A stretch of 64,000 bases of DNA from Lama guanicoe (taxonomy: Eukaryota), in contig MU055864.1 in assembly GCA_013239625.1 (NCBI GenBank), positions 6,307,083 through 6,371,082 on the forward strand. Reading direction: 5' to 3'. A model generated the notes under the pieces. The model was not told the origin of the DNA and searched no databases. It saw only the letters and a program-made list of their open reading frames with translations. Both the position numbers and the translations under genes were made by a program. Shown here in pieces: positions 10,166-23,353 of the stretch. Each line of letters begins with the position of its first letter. The first letter of the stretch is position 1.

Positions 10166-13100
10166 TCAGTGGTTTTGAATTTAAATTTGAATTTAACTGT
10201 AAAATTTGGCTTACAAGTGATCCTAAAGCTTCTTCTATCCTGGTTGTCTGGCATCCCTTCTCTTGTGTCTGGAATCCTCTCCTCCCCTGAGTCCCCGGTC
10301 TCTGATGTTTTCCCTGACCTTTTCTGTCTGATTTATTTGCACTCTGATCCCTGTTCCTCTCTCACTCTGTACTTACAGAACTGCCATTGTATCAGGTTTG
10401 CTGTTTGATGCCTTGAACCAGGAGCGCTTTAAGGACACAGATGAGCCACAGTCATCAAATGCAATGCTCAATATATTCAAATGTGCTCTATAAAATCCCA
10501 CCAGATTATTGCAGGAAAGGGCTAAATGGTGACTAAATGGTTCGCAATAAGATTCTTCTGGCACTGTTATCAGATTTGGTTTGTCTTTAAGCACACTGCT
10601 GAATATGCAATCAATATTTTAGTAATTATGTACAAATAGTTCTTGTTATAAATCAAAGTTGTTATTACCGCCTTAAGCTCTGCTTTGGTAACAGGTCTTT
10701 TCTTGGGGACCGTACTGCTCCCCTGGTGTCAGCTGCCTCACACAGCTCCCAGAACCACTCTCCTACAAAGCTGCACGTTGGGGTTAGCTGGTTACAAAGG
10801 GCAGATATGACTTTCCCAACACAGCTAGAGTAAACTTTAGCAGCTTCCTCACCAATGTGAGAATCAAGCCTTTGCTCCCGCATGCAGGAGTCTAGCCAGA
10901 AGGACGCAATGAATTGTCCGGGCCACCATGACCTCCTGCACAAAGCTCTCCAAGGAATTATTGGGACCTACTGTCATTCAACTTGAAGAAAGCTCTGGAA
11001 CACAAACTGCAGGGCAGAGCTGTCCCATCCTGACATAAGGGGACTGGCCTTTTGTGCCCCTGTCATTGTACCTTGGTGGTTAGTCAGGCTGCAGCTGGCA
11101 GGGGTCGCATGGTTCCAGGGTGGGGAGTAAGTGAGCTCCTGGGTGCTGTAAGCAGTAGGGGACAGGAGTGCCGGCCAGGTGGAGAGCACCTGGCTGGACA
11201 CTCACAGCCTTTGATTTACGCTTCCAGAAGATTCAATCTAGAACAAGACGGTTTAGCCAACAAAGGCAAAGAAAGCACACAAAATTCTTTTTCTTCTTTT
11301 TCCATGAGGAACCAGGCTTAGCAGCAAACCAAGACGAAAGGTTCTTTAAGGAGTGGTGTCATATGAGGAAATTCACACAGAGTCCCAGATTTTCATTCAA
11401 GTTCTCCCTTGTCACAACCACATGGCTCAACTTTACCTAAAGTTTTCCAAAGCATGACCATACATACTTTTCCATCTGCACCAAGGGGCACTATCTGTGT
11501 TCTCTGGCATCTCTCTGCCAGAGCCTCACAGCTCCCCCCAGGTTCAGGGCAGGGCTCTACTATTTAGTCCCAAGTCCCCATAATTACCCTCATTTCCAAT
11601 CATAGCAGTTTCAACTCCCTCAGCCTGTCCCAGGTGGGCAGGAAGACACAGATGTAGTCATGACCATGAGAGACTCCAGAACATGGAACCTCACATCAGC
11701 GGCCAGTACCTCAGAAAATGACTCATGTCTTCATTTTTTAATCAGAGAGAGCTGTCGTCTGAATTGACGGCTGAATGGACAGCAGCCCCACAGGCTTTGA
11801 TCTGACTTCTATAATCAGGAGGGAAACGTACTGCTCACCCCTCCACTTTCCCTCAATGTTTGTCCCTGCTGTTACTGTCCACAAAGCCTTCGTTTTCAGC
11901 CCAGCACAGACATTACAAGAGGTCTTATGCAATATACTCTTTCAAGGACAAGTTAGTGTGTCCGAAGCCCTGCCACCCACCTCCCTTTTTGTTTCGGGCA
12001 CAATTACGTTCCTCCTGGTCCATTGTGACCGGGGCCCATGGAAACCCCACTGGGCTTGTATTCCTTCTACAACACACACCCAGTTGTCACCTAGGTCACA
12101 TGTTCCCCTCCATTCCTGCCTTTGGTTCAAAATAAGTGAAAAACCCCAAACAATGATTCTAATAAGAGATGAAAACAGAAACCTAATTTTTCAAAAGAAC
12201 TTAGTCATTTAACCCCCCTGGAATAGCTCCTCCCTTGCTCTGAATCAGGGCGCTGAATTTTTTAAAATGCCTGTGTTAAATACACATTTAAGTGTTACCT
12301 CAGACAGATGACTAGTGGGTGTTGTGCTGTGTGGTGTTTTCTGTGTGTGAACTCCACAGAGATAATTTTTACTCAATAAAATTTAAACCATTATCATCGC
12401 GTCATTGGAAGGCGAGGGTAGCAGTTTTCTCTCCCAGCCCCTTCCCAGCGGCAGCTGCCAGAGCCACGTGCTAGACAGCATGCTTATTTGTTTACTTCGA
12501 TAGTTTTGTGACAGTTTATGGGGAGGAAATTGACAGGCCTCATCTTCTTTAACAGCCCTGAAGCTGTCCCTTACAAATCCTTTCCTGACCTCAACAGTCG
12601 CCCCTTATTTCTTACCGATTGGTTTCCTCCATCCCTCAGGAAGGGGGCTATTCTTCAAGCTTACTATCTTGGAAGGGGCAGCCAGCCAACTAGAAAGTTC
12701 TCTTCTTTTTCATTTACAAGCTTTTCAGGGCTACAAAGGTTCTGAACCATCCAAGAGAACCGTGGGGCATCTGTCCAGTGGTCTGAGGGTAACCTGGACG
12801 CTTACTGGGTTTCAAGATCAGGAAATATCAGGAATAGCTGGCACCTGGGTAACCACAGAGGCCAGCTTGCCAATCCAGCACGTGAGCTCACTTGTACTCA
12901 AAGGAGGGAAGTTTCCACATCTGAGAACTAGTTAGTCGTTAGTAGCAGAGCTGGGTCTAGATCCAGACCAGGTCACAGTCACTCCCCCATGGGGCTCCTG
13001 ATCCCTCTTCTTTACACCCTGCACGAGGGCAGTTTCCCAGGCAGCTCCGCGAGTCTCTCCTGACTTTTGGAAGGTACAATCCTTTTGGAGTAACTGAATT

Positions 13101-14105
13101 TCCGCGGTGCACCCTGGGCAATGTGATACCCAGAGTGGGACAAACTAACTTCTGTTTGGAATATATCCAATAATCACACTAGTTTATCAAAATATGCTTC
13201 AGGAAACATGAAGATAAAGCATAGGTTTGGTATGTATCCTGAGAATACACAATGGCCTTCCTTGAACCCGCTCCAGCAGGTAGCAACAATGCAGCCATGT
13301 TCCATGCATTCGTGCGACTCCTTCTGTTAGTGGGGTGGGCAGTGGACCTTACCAGGAAGGTGTGAGCAGTTCCCAAGATTTCCATCTGTCTTGTGGGTGA
13401 CCTGACATCAGCTGCTGCATCTCCTGGAAACCTGTAGCCAGAGGCCTTACTGCCTTCTTTTCCTACTCACACGGGCCTTCCTCTGCATTTCACTGCCATG
13501 GGGGGCAAACGGATGTCCTGTCAGCCCGCAGGAATGCCTTGGTGAGCAGTGCCTCTGAGTTATCCTTAGAGAGATGCTAGGAGCAAAGAGGCAGCTGAGC
13601 AGGTGCAGGTGGGCCTTGTCCCAGGGAAGGAGGTGGAGGAAAAAGCAGCAACTCAAGGCCACAGAGACTCTGTGCGCAGATGTCCTGTCTGCCTCCTTCT
13701 CATCTGCTTCTGTTGATCCCTCCATTCCTGAGGCCTCCAGACACCAGCCCCTGCCGGCTGGGAGCACAAGGAGACCAGGTGATCGTCCTGTCTAGACTCT
13801 GCCAGTGTTCTGAAAATGGCCTCTTTCCCACCCACTAGAGGGGAATAAACAGCACCACGGAGATTTAAGTCATCACTAATGGGGACACTGCTTTATTGGA
13901 AAAGGTAGTTTTCTTTTCCAAAGGGCATAAAGGATTATTGGCCAGCTGATTATTTAAGTTTATGGAAATACACGGCATAGGTTGCTAATGTTTTTCTATT
14001 ATTTTCAGTGATAACTCTAAACTAAGGAAAAGGCAAGAAGACTTGAGGATTTTTATCCCTAAAGATAAAAGATGGGTTGTACCCAGGAGCTCTCAAAAAA
14101 TAGTA

Positions 14106-14184
14106 AAAAAAAAAAAAATACATATATATATATAAATATATAAATTATATATATAATATATACAAATATATATATATATATAAA
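14106..14184. repeat. Poly(A) plus (TA)n-rich microsatellite
   Basis: Directly visible. Confidence 0.9.
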
Positions 14185-14363
14185 ACCTTGAAAAATATAA
14201 TCAAACAAGAGAAGGAAAAGTTTCTTTGTTTTGTCTTCTGAGCTATTAATTGTTAAAGCAGTTTTCTCAGGCAAAATCCTCTGATTAACTGTATTCTCAT
14301 AACCAATGACCATACAAGTGAAGTATGCACCTGGTGAGTAAGCATGTTAAAGAAGAGATTGTG

Positions 14364-15105
14364 AAAAACTGAAAACAGACTTACCATATGATCCAACAAT
14401 CCCACTCCTGGGTATATATCCAGAGGGAGGGAACTCTAATTTGAAAAGGTACATGCACCCCAATGTTCATAGCAGCACGATATACAATAGCCAAGACATG
14501 GAAGAAAAGCTTTGTTATTTTTCTTCAGTATTGCTTTGGCAATCTGGGTCTTTNNNNNNNNNNNNNNNNNNNNNNNNNNNNNNNNNNNNNNNNNNNNNNN
14601 NNNNNNNNNNNNNNNNNNNNNNNNNNNNNNNNNNNNNNNNNNNNNNNNNNNNNNNNNNNNNNNNNNNNNNNNNNNNNNNNNNNNNNNNNNNNNNNCATTC
14701 TAAATGAAGTGAGCCAGAAACAGAAATAAAAAATACCATATGATATCACTTATATGTAGAATCTAAAAAAATGACACAAATGAACTTATTTACAAAACAG
14801 AAACAGACTCACTTATAAAGAAAACTCAGTTATAGAAAACAAACATGCTTATCAGAGGGGAAAGGGGATGGGAAGGGATAAATTGGGAGTTTAAGATTTG
14901 CAGAGACTAACTACTATATAAAATAGATAAACAACAAGTTCATACTGTATAGCAAAGAGAACTATATTCAGTATCTTATAGTAACCTATAATGAAAAATA
15001 TGAAAAGGACTATATGTATGTATATGTATGACTGAAACATAATGCTTACACCAGAAATTGACACAACATTGTAAACTGACTATACTTCAATTTAAAAAAA
15101 GGAAG
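14364..15105 (+). mobile_element. 5'-truncated lineage-specific L1 3' end with an internal antisense L1 segment
   Basis: gacttaccatatgatccaacaatcccactcctgggtatatatcc (LPYDPxIPLLGIYP), MFIAARYTIAKTWK, 3' UTR ending tatacttcaatttaaaaaaa; N-run 14554-14695. Confidence 0.9.
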
Positions 15106-15540
15106 ACAAAAGATAAAAAAATTTTAAAAAGGATTACTCCCTTATTCCTCACTCCCCCATGGTCCTTCTCACTGCAACCATTGCTTACAAAAGGATCTCA
15201 CATTTTTTATGTTTTTAGGACCCTATTTCTAGCGCCCAGCAGCCCACAGTTGCCTCCATCTTTCTCAAGTCCTTTGCTGAGCTCTTAAAGCTGCTGTGGT
15301 CCTTCAGCTCACATCCAGCATCCCTGATGCTCTACAGCAGGCTGCTCAGGGACTGGGCTATACCTCTGTCAAGCTACAACACAGCTGCTGGGTGCTGGCA
15401 TCCCACAGCTGCTTTGTGAGCAATCTGTGCCCCCGTCTGTAATCTGAGGGTATTTAAACCTGCTGTCTTAGCCTGGCTTTCCTCCCTCCCAAGAGCAGAG
15501 CCTGAGTAAAGAACTGGGAGCAGACAGACTACTCGGAAAC

Positions 15541-15880
15541 TGTAATCATTCCCTGAGTTTGTTGCACCAAATCACTACAAACTGGGTGGCTTAAAATAAC
15601 AAACGTATTTTCTCACAGTTCTAGAGGCCAGAAGTCAAAACTCAAGATGTTGGCAGGGCAACGCTCCCTCGGACGGTTCTAGGGGAAAACCCTTCCTCGT
15701 CTCTTCTTGGCAGTTGCTCACAATCTTCGGCATTCCCAGCTTATAACCCTATCATGTGGCCACCGTCTGTGTGTTTCTCTTATGAGGATACATGCATTGG
15801 TTTTAGAGCCCACCTGAGTCCTATAATCTTGACCTTTTCTTTAATTACATTCTGAGGTTCTGGGAGGACATCACATTTCT
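15541..15880 (-). mobile_element. MLT1 solo LTR
   Basis: actacaaactgggtggcttaaaataac...ctcacagttctagaggccagaagtc. Confidence 0.8.
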
Positions 15881-17029
15881 ATGCAGCACGGAGCTCAAGG
15901 ATCCTTTCAGGTCCTTCCGGAATTACCTAACGTTGACAGTGAGACTCACCTAAAAGGTTAGAGAGTAGATGCCGTGGAAGGGGATAAAGAGCTGGTGCTC
16001 AAAGTATCTCCTGCATCACTTACTCCTATGGCTGAGGTTTCCCTATGAACAATTTCTAAGCAATCTGACTCAATCTTCAAGACTCAATCCTCTGAGAAAT
16101 GGTAAATACCTCCGAGAAATAATTGCTCAAGCTGCTATTCTCAAGGGGGTGGGGCACATCAGAATCATCTGATGGGGATTCTTACAGAGAACACCTGCCC
16201 CAGGAATGCTGCATGGGGTGTGAGGTGGCGGGAAGGAGTACCTTGCAAATAAATCACTTCCATGGTAAAACGCTGGTACTCCTGCAAATGTTTTCTACAT
16301 CTCAGGTGTGTAACTTCTGTTGCAAACTATGGTTATCCACTTCCTGGCACGTCATTGACCCTAGCATTTGTCTGGGGTAGCTGGGAGGACACACAGGTGG
16401 CCAAAAGAGAACTGGACCACAGAGCAGCCGCCTGAAAGGGCAAATCACCCACATTTCACTCATTTCACATTTCCTACAATAATAAGCCTAAAATTTGTAG
16501 CAGGGATGGCAAATCCAGTTGAAATCTGGTGAGAAGATGTGTGATTGAGCAGAATGCTGTGTTAGGAATGATTCTGAGGCTGCATCTGGGTGCTTAGTGG
16601 GAAGAGAGCCAGGATAAAGCCACCATCTGCCACAGACACCCCCAGGGGCTCTCAGGGCGCGTGCTGCAAATCTGTCATCCCTGGTATATAGCTTTTGAGG
16701 GGCCATTTCCTAAATATGTTGTTGCCAGATATAGGTAACTGATTTTTACATCTTGATGTAAAAATTTATAAAGTCATAGAAACAAGCTATTTCTATGTTA
16801 TGACTATTTTCTCATATTTCTAAAGACATCTTGATATTCAACATACATGTCTTGTGATTTCTAAACAGTGAATTCTTAGAGGCGAGGCACCCCATCTGTT
16901 TATACTCTCCAGCCGAGTGCGTGCTAGGTATTGGTTGTGTAACCAGGATTACTGGGTTTAGGCCAGGCCCGAGCTAATAAACTCATTGGAGTGGGGGGTG
17001 GATAAGTGAGTAAGAAATGGGGGGTGGCA

Positions 17030-17175
17030 GTGTTTTAGTCCCAGCTCTGCCCCTAAGAGCAGCGGCATGTGCCACCATGAGTAACTTCAACCCTTGGCAT
17101 CTCAGTTTCCCCATCTCTAAAATGGGAGTGAGATTCCATGCCTACCTTCCAACACGGGCTGGTGTGAGGCATGTA
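17030..17175 (+). mobile_element. MIR SINE
   Basis: tcccagctctgcc...ctcagtttccccatctctaaaatggg core. Confidence 0.7.
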
Positions 17176-18509
17176 TGGGGTGGAAGCGTTGGCGGGGAAA
17201 GAGCGGGAGTCGTCTTTTAGCAATCGTTCCTGCGCAATCGAAGGGCAACGCCATGGTAAATAAGCACGTTTGCAGGCCAAGGGCGCTGCTCTGGAAATCC
17301 GGCTCTGATTGTTAAAGAGGTATCTGAAAGTCTCCAGGGCCAATCATTCTGAGATGCCAAACAAGGAAAGGTGACAGTCTGAAAAGGCTGCAGTGCCCCG
17401 GGGATGGGGTACCAGGAACAGCCTGCGACAGGCGGTGCCAGCAGCTGACCTTTCCCTGCGTCAGCACCGCCTGCAGGCACCCAGGACAGCCGGCCAAGGT
17501 CATTGGACCTCGCGGCCAGGCCCAGAGGACACTAGCAGGGGCCTTAGAAATGACTCGGTTAAACGTTTGCTTCTGAGGAAGCAGGAGGAAAAGTCATTTT
17601 CACCAGGATCCCAAATTAGTGGCTTAAGAGGGACGAGAAGCCCACTTTCTGGGTACCAGGAAAACGAGAACATCCAGGGAGCTGGAGGGGAGTCCGCATT
17701 CCCTGGGCAGGGCTGGCTTTGGGAGGTAGGCCCTGAGGCTAGGGGCCTGGAGCTGGACTCTGACACCGTGGGTCCCTTCCCAGGAAAACGGCGGTAGCTT
17801 GAGTAGGAGAAAATCCACCTGCAGGGTTTTTGTTTTAAAATCGATTTTAATCCTGTGTAATGAAATCAGCCCGACAGTAAGAAGTTACCGGGTCTGGGGA
17901 GCAGAATGGGAGGTTCCTGAGACCTACGCCCCAGGGCTGAGGCTGGTGAGTTTTCTGGCTAAAGGTTGTGAGTTAAAAGGCAGACAAGTGGGAGCAGTCG
18001 CCTGGTGTAGGAATGAGGGGAGAGCACATTGCAGAGAATTTTAAACTGCTGGCAAAACCATGTATGAGTCGGTCTGCCTTTCGCTATCACGCGTCCTGGC
18101 AATTCTAAACGTTAGTGATGCAACAAACACTCCTCCCAGCGTAACCTTTTGTTGGTCAAAGTTCTTAAACAACTGTGGTTCCTGTGGAGTTTAATATTAT
18201 ATACTTAGGCCTGAATGAGCACATTCGTGTTGTTTATCCTTTAATAAATGTCCTACGTGGAGATAAATTTGCCTGTCAACTGGAGAGGACTGAGCTACAT
18301 GCCTTTCTTTCCAATTCGGGCATGAAATGTTAACTGGGGCAACTGTAGACAGAGGTGCGAACTTGAGTGACTTCAATTCTATGAAACTGTCCTATGGAAC
18401 CACAGAAAAATATCCACAACCTGTTAACCCTGCTTGAACAAGGTATAACAACACTTTTAAAACTGTTTCTTGCAAAGAAATTGGGGAGAGGGCTGCAACT
18501 TCTGTAGTA

Positions 18510-18565
18510 AATAAATAAGCGAATAAGTGAATGAATGAATGAATGGAGTGAATGAATGAATGAAC
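18510..18565. repeat. (GAAT)n microsatellite, possibly an L2 tail
   Basis: gtgaatgaatgaatgaatggagtgaatgaatgaatgaa. Confidence 0.85.
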
Positions 18566-19560
18566 AAAAGGGAAGAAACGGACAGCTGCATAGAAAAGAG
18601 AATCATATTCAAAGAAGAAATGTTGAGAGAAATGACCAAAGCTGTCAATATTACATTTGCCAGATGAAATGAAAAGGGCAGTGTTTGAAGCCTGAGTCAT
18701 TTTTCCCAGAAACTAGACGAATACTCAGTGGCTCAAGTAAATCTCGTTTGCTGTCATTCTGACACTGTCTCTGATTTTTGCAGAAGAAAAACTGGAGAAC
18801 CAAACACAGTAGAAGTTTGTGATAAGTTTCCTGGTGATGGGCTCTCGTGAAAATTTTTCAACTACGGAGACATTTGAAAGCTGCTAAGCTTGAGCCTGAA
18901 GAAACAGAGGTTATATCACTGATTCTGGAAATTGCTGTGACACGAGATTGAGCTGAGTCTATGTCAAACTTATCTTTATGCTTAGGACTTTCCCCAACTG
19001 CTTATATGTCTCTTATTACAGGTGAACGAAAACATCAGAAGTTAAATGACTGAAAAATATTCCTCAATCAACTATGAGAGAGGTTGACAAATCTGGCTCT
19101 GCTGTATATTAAATGTGGATATTCGTGGTTAATTTTGATAAAATCACTGATAAATGTGCAGAAGTCTCAAAAACAAAAACTTTAATGTTCTACTGTTACC
19201 AGCATGTAGGCAAAAGATTTTCAACTTCTCTTTTTTTTTTAAAAAAGACCAATTTAAAAGTATTCCCTTTTCCCCCCTTTTCTGGTAATATACTATTTAT
19301 TTACTTATTTATTTGACCACCATGATTATATATGTGAAGTTTAATAAAAGAAAAATGTCACTGTCTGCATTTGTTTCTCCGCTGTTACAGATACTTCTAT
19401 AATTTCATGATTATTACTAAAACTAACTTTGTCTTATGGTAGGGGAGTTGTTAAAAAAGAATCCACTCCAGGTGTGAAATACCCGAGGTCTGTCTCTAGA
19501 GTAGGTATAACATTCTGGGAGTTTCTGCCCAAGAAATGTGACTCATATTAAGGGAATAAT

Positions 19561-20348
19561 AACACCAGTCAGAATGGCCATCATNNNNNNNNNNNNNNNN
19601 NNNNNNNNNNNNNNNNNNNNNNNNNNNNNNNNNNNNNNNNNNNNNNNNNNNNNNNNNNNNNNNNNNNNNNNNNNNNNNNNNNNNNNNNNNNNNNNNNNNN
19701 NNNNNNNNNNNNNNNNNNACTTACTATATGACCCAGGAATCCCGCTCCTGGGCATATATTCAGAAGGAACCCTACTTCAAAAAGACACCTGTACNNNNNN
19801 NNNNNNNNNNNNNNNNNNNNNNNNNNNNNNNNNNNNNNNNNNNNNNNNNNNNNNNNNNNNNNNNNNNNNNNNNNNNNNNNNNNNNNNNNNNNNNNNNNNN
19901 NNNNNNNNNNNNNNNNNNNNNNNNNNNNNNNNNNNCCATTTGCAGCAACATGGATGTTCCTGGAGAATGTCATTCTCAGTGAAGTAAGCCAGAAAGAGAA
20001 AGAAAAATACCATATGAGATCGCTCATATGTGGAATCTAAAAAAACCCAAAACAAACAAAACATAAATACCAAACAGAAGCAGTCTCATAGACCTAGAAT
20101 ACAAACTTGTGGTTGCCAAGGGGATGGGGGTTGGGAAGGGACAGACTGGGATTTCAAAATGTAGAATAGATAAACAAGATTATACTGTATAGCACAGGGA
20201 AATATATACAAGATCTTATGGTACTCACAGAGAAAAGAATGTGACAATGAATATATATATGTTCATGTACAACTGAAAAATTGTGCTCTACACTGGAATT
20301 TGACACAAATTGTAAAATGATTATAACTCAATAAAAATGTTAAAAAAA
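19561..20348 (+). mobile_element. Young 5'-truncated L1 with target-site duplication
   Basis: ORF2 C-terminus TPVRMAI...YDPGIPLLGIY...KDTC; AATAAA then A tail. TSD aagggaataa (19550-19559) / aagagaataa (20347-20356) at a TT|AAG endonuclease-like site. Confidence 0.92.
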
Positions 20349-20774
20349 GAGAATAAAAATATATAAATTTTTGTAATAACCATAGCAGCAACATCAGTAT
20401 TTATAGTTTCATGGTTAACCTTTATCACACAGCAGATACTTGCCATCTGCTTTGCTTCGTGGCTGCCCAAAGGGAGTGTGTGCTGCATCCTGTCGGATGC
20501 GAGAACCTTGATTCTGGGGGAAACATCAGCATTCACGCTGAGGTTCTCTTATTTCAACCCAAGACCAGCCCAAGGCAGGACCGTGAAATCTGGGTGATTC
20601 ATCTCTGGCCCGACAGCTCGCCTTCTGTTCTGTTCTCTCTCAGGAATTCAATTCCTCTGCCTCCCATGGTCTCTTCACCTGGCTCCTTCTCAAACCCTCA
20701 GCCACTAAAGGCTGTGTGATGGATACAGTGGAGAAAGCAAGGGTCTTGAGGGATAAAATAGATCTAGCTTGGAT

Positions 20775-20925
20775 AAGCCTGGTTCTGCCCCTTTCAGACT
20801 GTCTGATCTTGGGCAATTCATTCTCTGAGTCTTGACTTTTTTATCTGTAAAATGGACATAATAGCAGTCCATGAAAATTAAATGAGTAACCATATGCAGA
20901 GGACTTAGTATGGTGTCCTGGGCAT
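20775..20925 (+). mobile_element. MIR SINE
   Basis: atcttgggcaattcattctctgagtcttgac...atctgtaaaatggacataatag...attaaatgag. Confidence 0.75.
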
Positions 20926-22680
20926 CAAAGCTAAGGACTCCAGGGAGGACTATTCTAATGATGGAATTTCAGGCATCAGACAACATGGAGTGGGGAGTAA
21001 TTCTAGGGACAACCAGTTGTTCCTTTTGAAAGACCTGCTCTGCACTGCTTAGAGACTTTACCAGTCGGGATATGGCTTTAGCCCTCCCACTAAGGACCTG
21101 AAGCTCTCATTGGAGTTTTATCTCAGTGCCCATGCTCAAACAGTTGCAATGAGAAGGACTGGGAGACTGCACCCCTGCCCCGTGAGCACGAAGGCTGAGA
21201 TAGATGAGTAATCCCCACTAGGGACAAGGCAGCAGAGAATTCGGAGAAACAGAGCTCTGCACTGGCCATCCCTGCTCTTGCTTCTCAGCTGTCAAAGCCA
21301 AGCCTGCGTCCTTCATCCTAAGGCCACCCTTTCCTTATGTGCTTGACACAGGAGTGGAATAAAACCTGGAGATTTAAGCAAGCACGAATACACTTTTGGC
21401 TTGTTTGACTTCAGATGGTGTTTTCCTTGAGCTGGGCTCCTCATTGGAGAGGTAGGGCCAGGCCAAATCTTCAAAGAGCTGCTTGGCCACTCTCATGATT
21501 GGCAAAGAGCAAAGAAATTGGTAAACAATGTTTTTAAAATACGTTAAATGCCAAGTATTCTGTGTTTCATTTCTAATGTTTATTTATGGATATTTGCTTC
21601 TATTTTCAGGAATTCTAGTAGCAAGTATCCAACTATTCCAAACCTCCGTCTGTTACTAGGGAGGTGCTTCTGAAATACATTCAGGCTTCCAACAGCCTGC
21701 ATAGAGTGAAGGGCAGATGTGTCCTTTGGGGTGATCTCAGGGACACCAGAAATCCCCTGCCTTCCAAAAGACTCCTACCCACCTTCTGCGTGGTGAATAA
21801 ATGTGGGTAAATCTTGTCCAGAGAAGAGCAGGGTACAAGTGTCCACTGACAAAGTTATTGATAATCATTTTTCCCCCCGAGATCAAGTTTTAATAGAGAA
21901 GAAAAGGGAAGAAAGATGGGGGCCTGCGACTTCGATGAGAGGGGAAAGAAAGGGAATCAGAAGAAATGGAAGGGGCCTGAAATCAGATCTATTTCACAAT
22001 GTCCCTGGGATGGCCCAGAACGTGCACCCGCCATGAGGCTCCAGTGTCCAGATTATTTTAGGGAAGTCAGCACACCTAGCTTGGTCTTCTTGGAGCCTTC
22101 CCCTGAGCCATTCAGCTGGCAAACTGGAAGGCAGCAGGGAGCCTCACACATCCTTTCCCACTATTCATAAACCAACAACCAACACGGAGGTAGGGGCAAA
22201 GGGGTTTGTTTTAGTTGCTGTGCGCGGCAGAAAACTGTACCACGGCATTCTGCAGCTCCGCTTCGGTGACTGATGTGTAATAATTACGTCAATCTCTTGT
22301 GTTTATAAAGCCCGTCTCCAAACTTCTCAGAAGAGTAGCAGGAAGAGGAGAAGTGAGTGCTTTCATGATGACCTGCTAGGGAGTTTCAAGATTTACTTCC
22401 AAGCCTCATCACAGCACCACAAGGAGAGAACTATTTTTCCAACTCAGCAGAGGAAACTGAGGATCAGGAGGCTGTCCAGCCGCTGGTGTCCAACAGAACC
22501 TTTGTCACGCAGGAAAAGCAAATTCTTCTATAGTCAGTACAAGGGGAAGCCTCTTTCAAGGTTTGCAGTGGTGACAGCCAGAGAGCTCGGCTCAGAGTTT
22601 TGTTTTTACTTTTTAGTCCCTTTTGTTTTTAGTCTGACGCCTGTCTGACACCCATGTTTAAATTCTTAACAGTGATCTTT

Positions 22681-22764
22681 AAAATATATATATATGTATT
22701 TATTTATTTAACAGAAGTACTGGGGATTGAATGCACACACTCTACCACTGAGCTATACCCTCTC
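22681..22764 (-). mobile_element. vic-1-type SINE with internal deletion and 15-bp TSD
   Basis: Minus strand: gagagggtatagctcagtggtagagtgtgtgca-ttcaatccccagtacttc plus (AAAT)n/(TA)n tail. TSD cttaacagtgatctt (22665-22679) / cttaacagggatctt (22771-22785). Confidence 0.85.
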
Positions 22765-23339
22765 GCAGTACTTAACAGGGATCTTAATGGGAGAACTTGG
22801 CTCAGATCCAACTGGAAATGCACTTAATCCTGTCATGTCAAACCATCCCATCCTTCTCGGCTGGTCACTCTCTGAGTGACCCAGAGGGTGTAACTGGGCA
22901 CAAAGAACTCTGTCTCGCCAGCGCCAGATGGCATCCACCGATGAGATGCTGACAGTGCCTCCTCTGCCCACCCACCCACCTCCACCCCGGCACCAGGCTA
23001 ACCCTGACGGAGAGTCACCTCCTATGTTCAGCCTCGTAACCCTGAGAACCTCCTTTCACTTATTTCCATCTGACTTTATGGTTTGGTTGTGTGTTGATGC
23101 GGAGCCCTTCAACGGGAGGGAGGTAAGAAGGAACATGATCACAGAGGAGGCTCTTCATGAGGGAAGCAATCGGAGGTTCTATCTAATATGAAAATTAAGC
23201 ATAAGTAACATCATCTTCTAAAATCTGTCAGAGCAATTTAGGACTGCCTTCTTGACATCTTCATTCATTCCCGGATTGCTCTCATTAACTGCGATCCTGA
23301 AAGGGAAGCGCCAGGACCCTGGGTCCGACCTTCAATGGA

Positions 23340-23353
23340 GCGCCATCTAGCGG
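23340..23353 (-). promoter_or_regulatory. Candidate CTCF binding site
   Basis: Minus strand CCGCTAGATGGCGC fits the CTCF core CC(A/G)SYAGRKGGCRS; lies in sequence with no recognised repeat. Confidence 0.65.

Noticed and set aside
13832-13845. Weaker CTCF-like matches (CCACTAGAGGGGAA; also ~59580-59595)
   Set aside because: Mismatches at key core positions.
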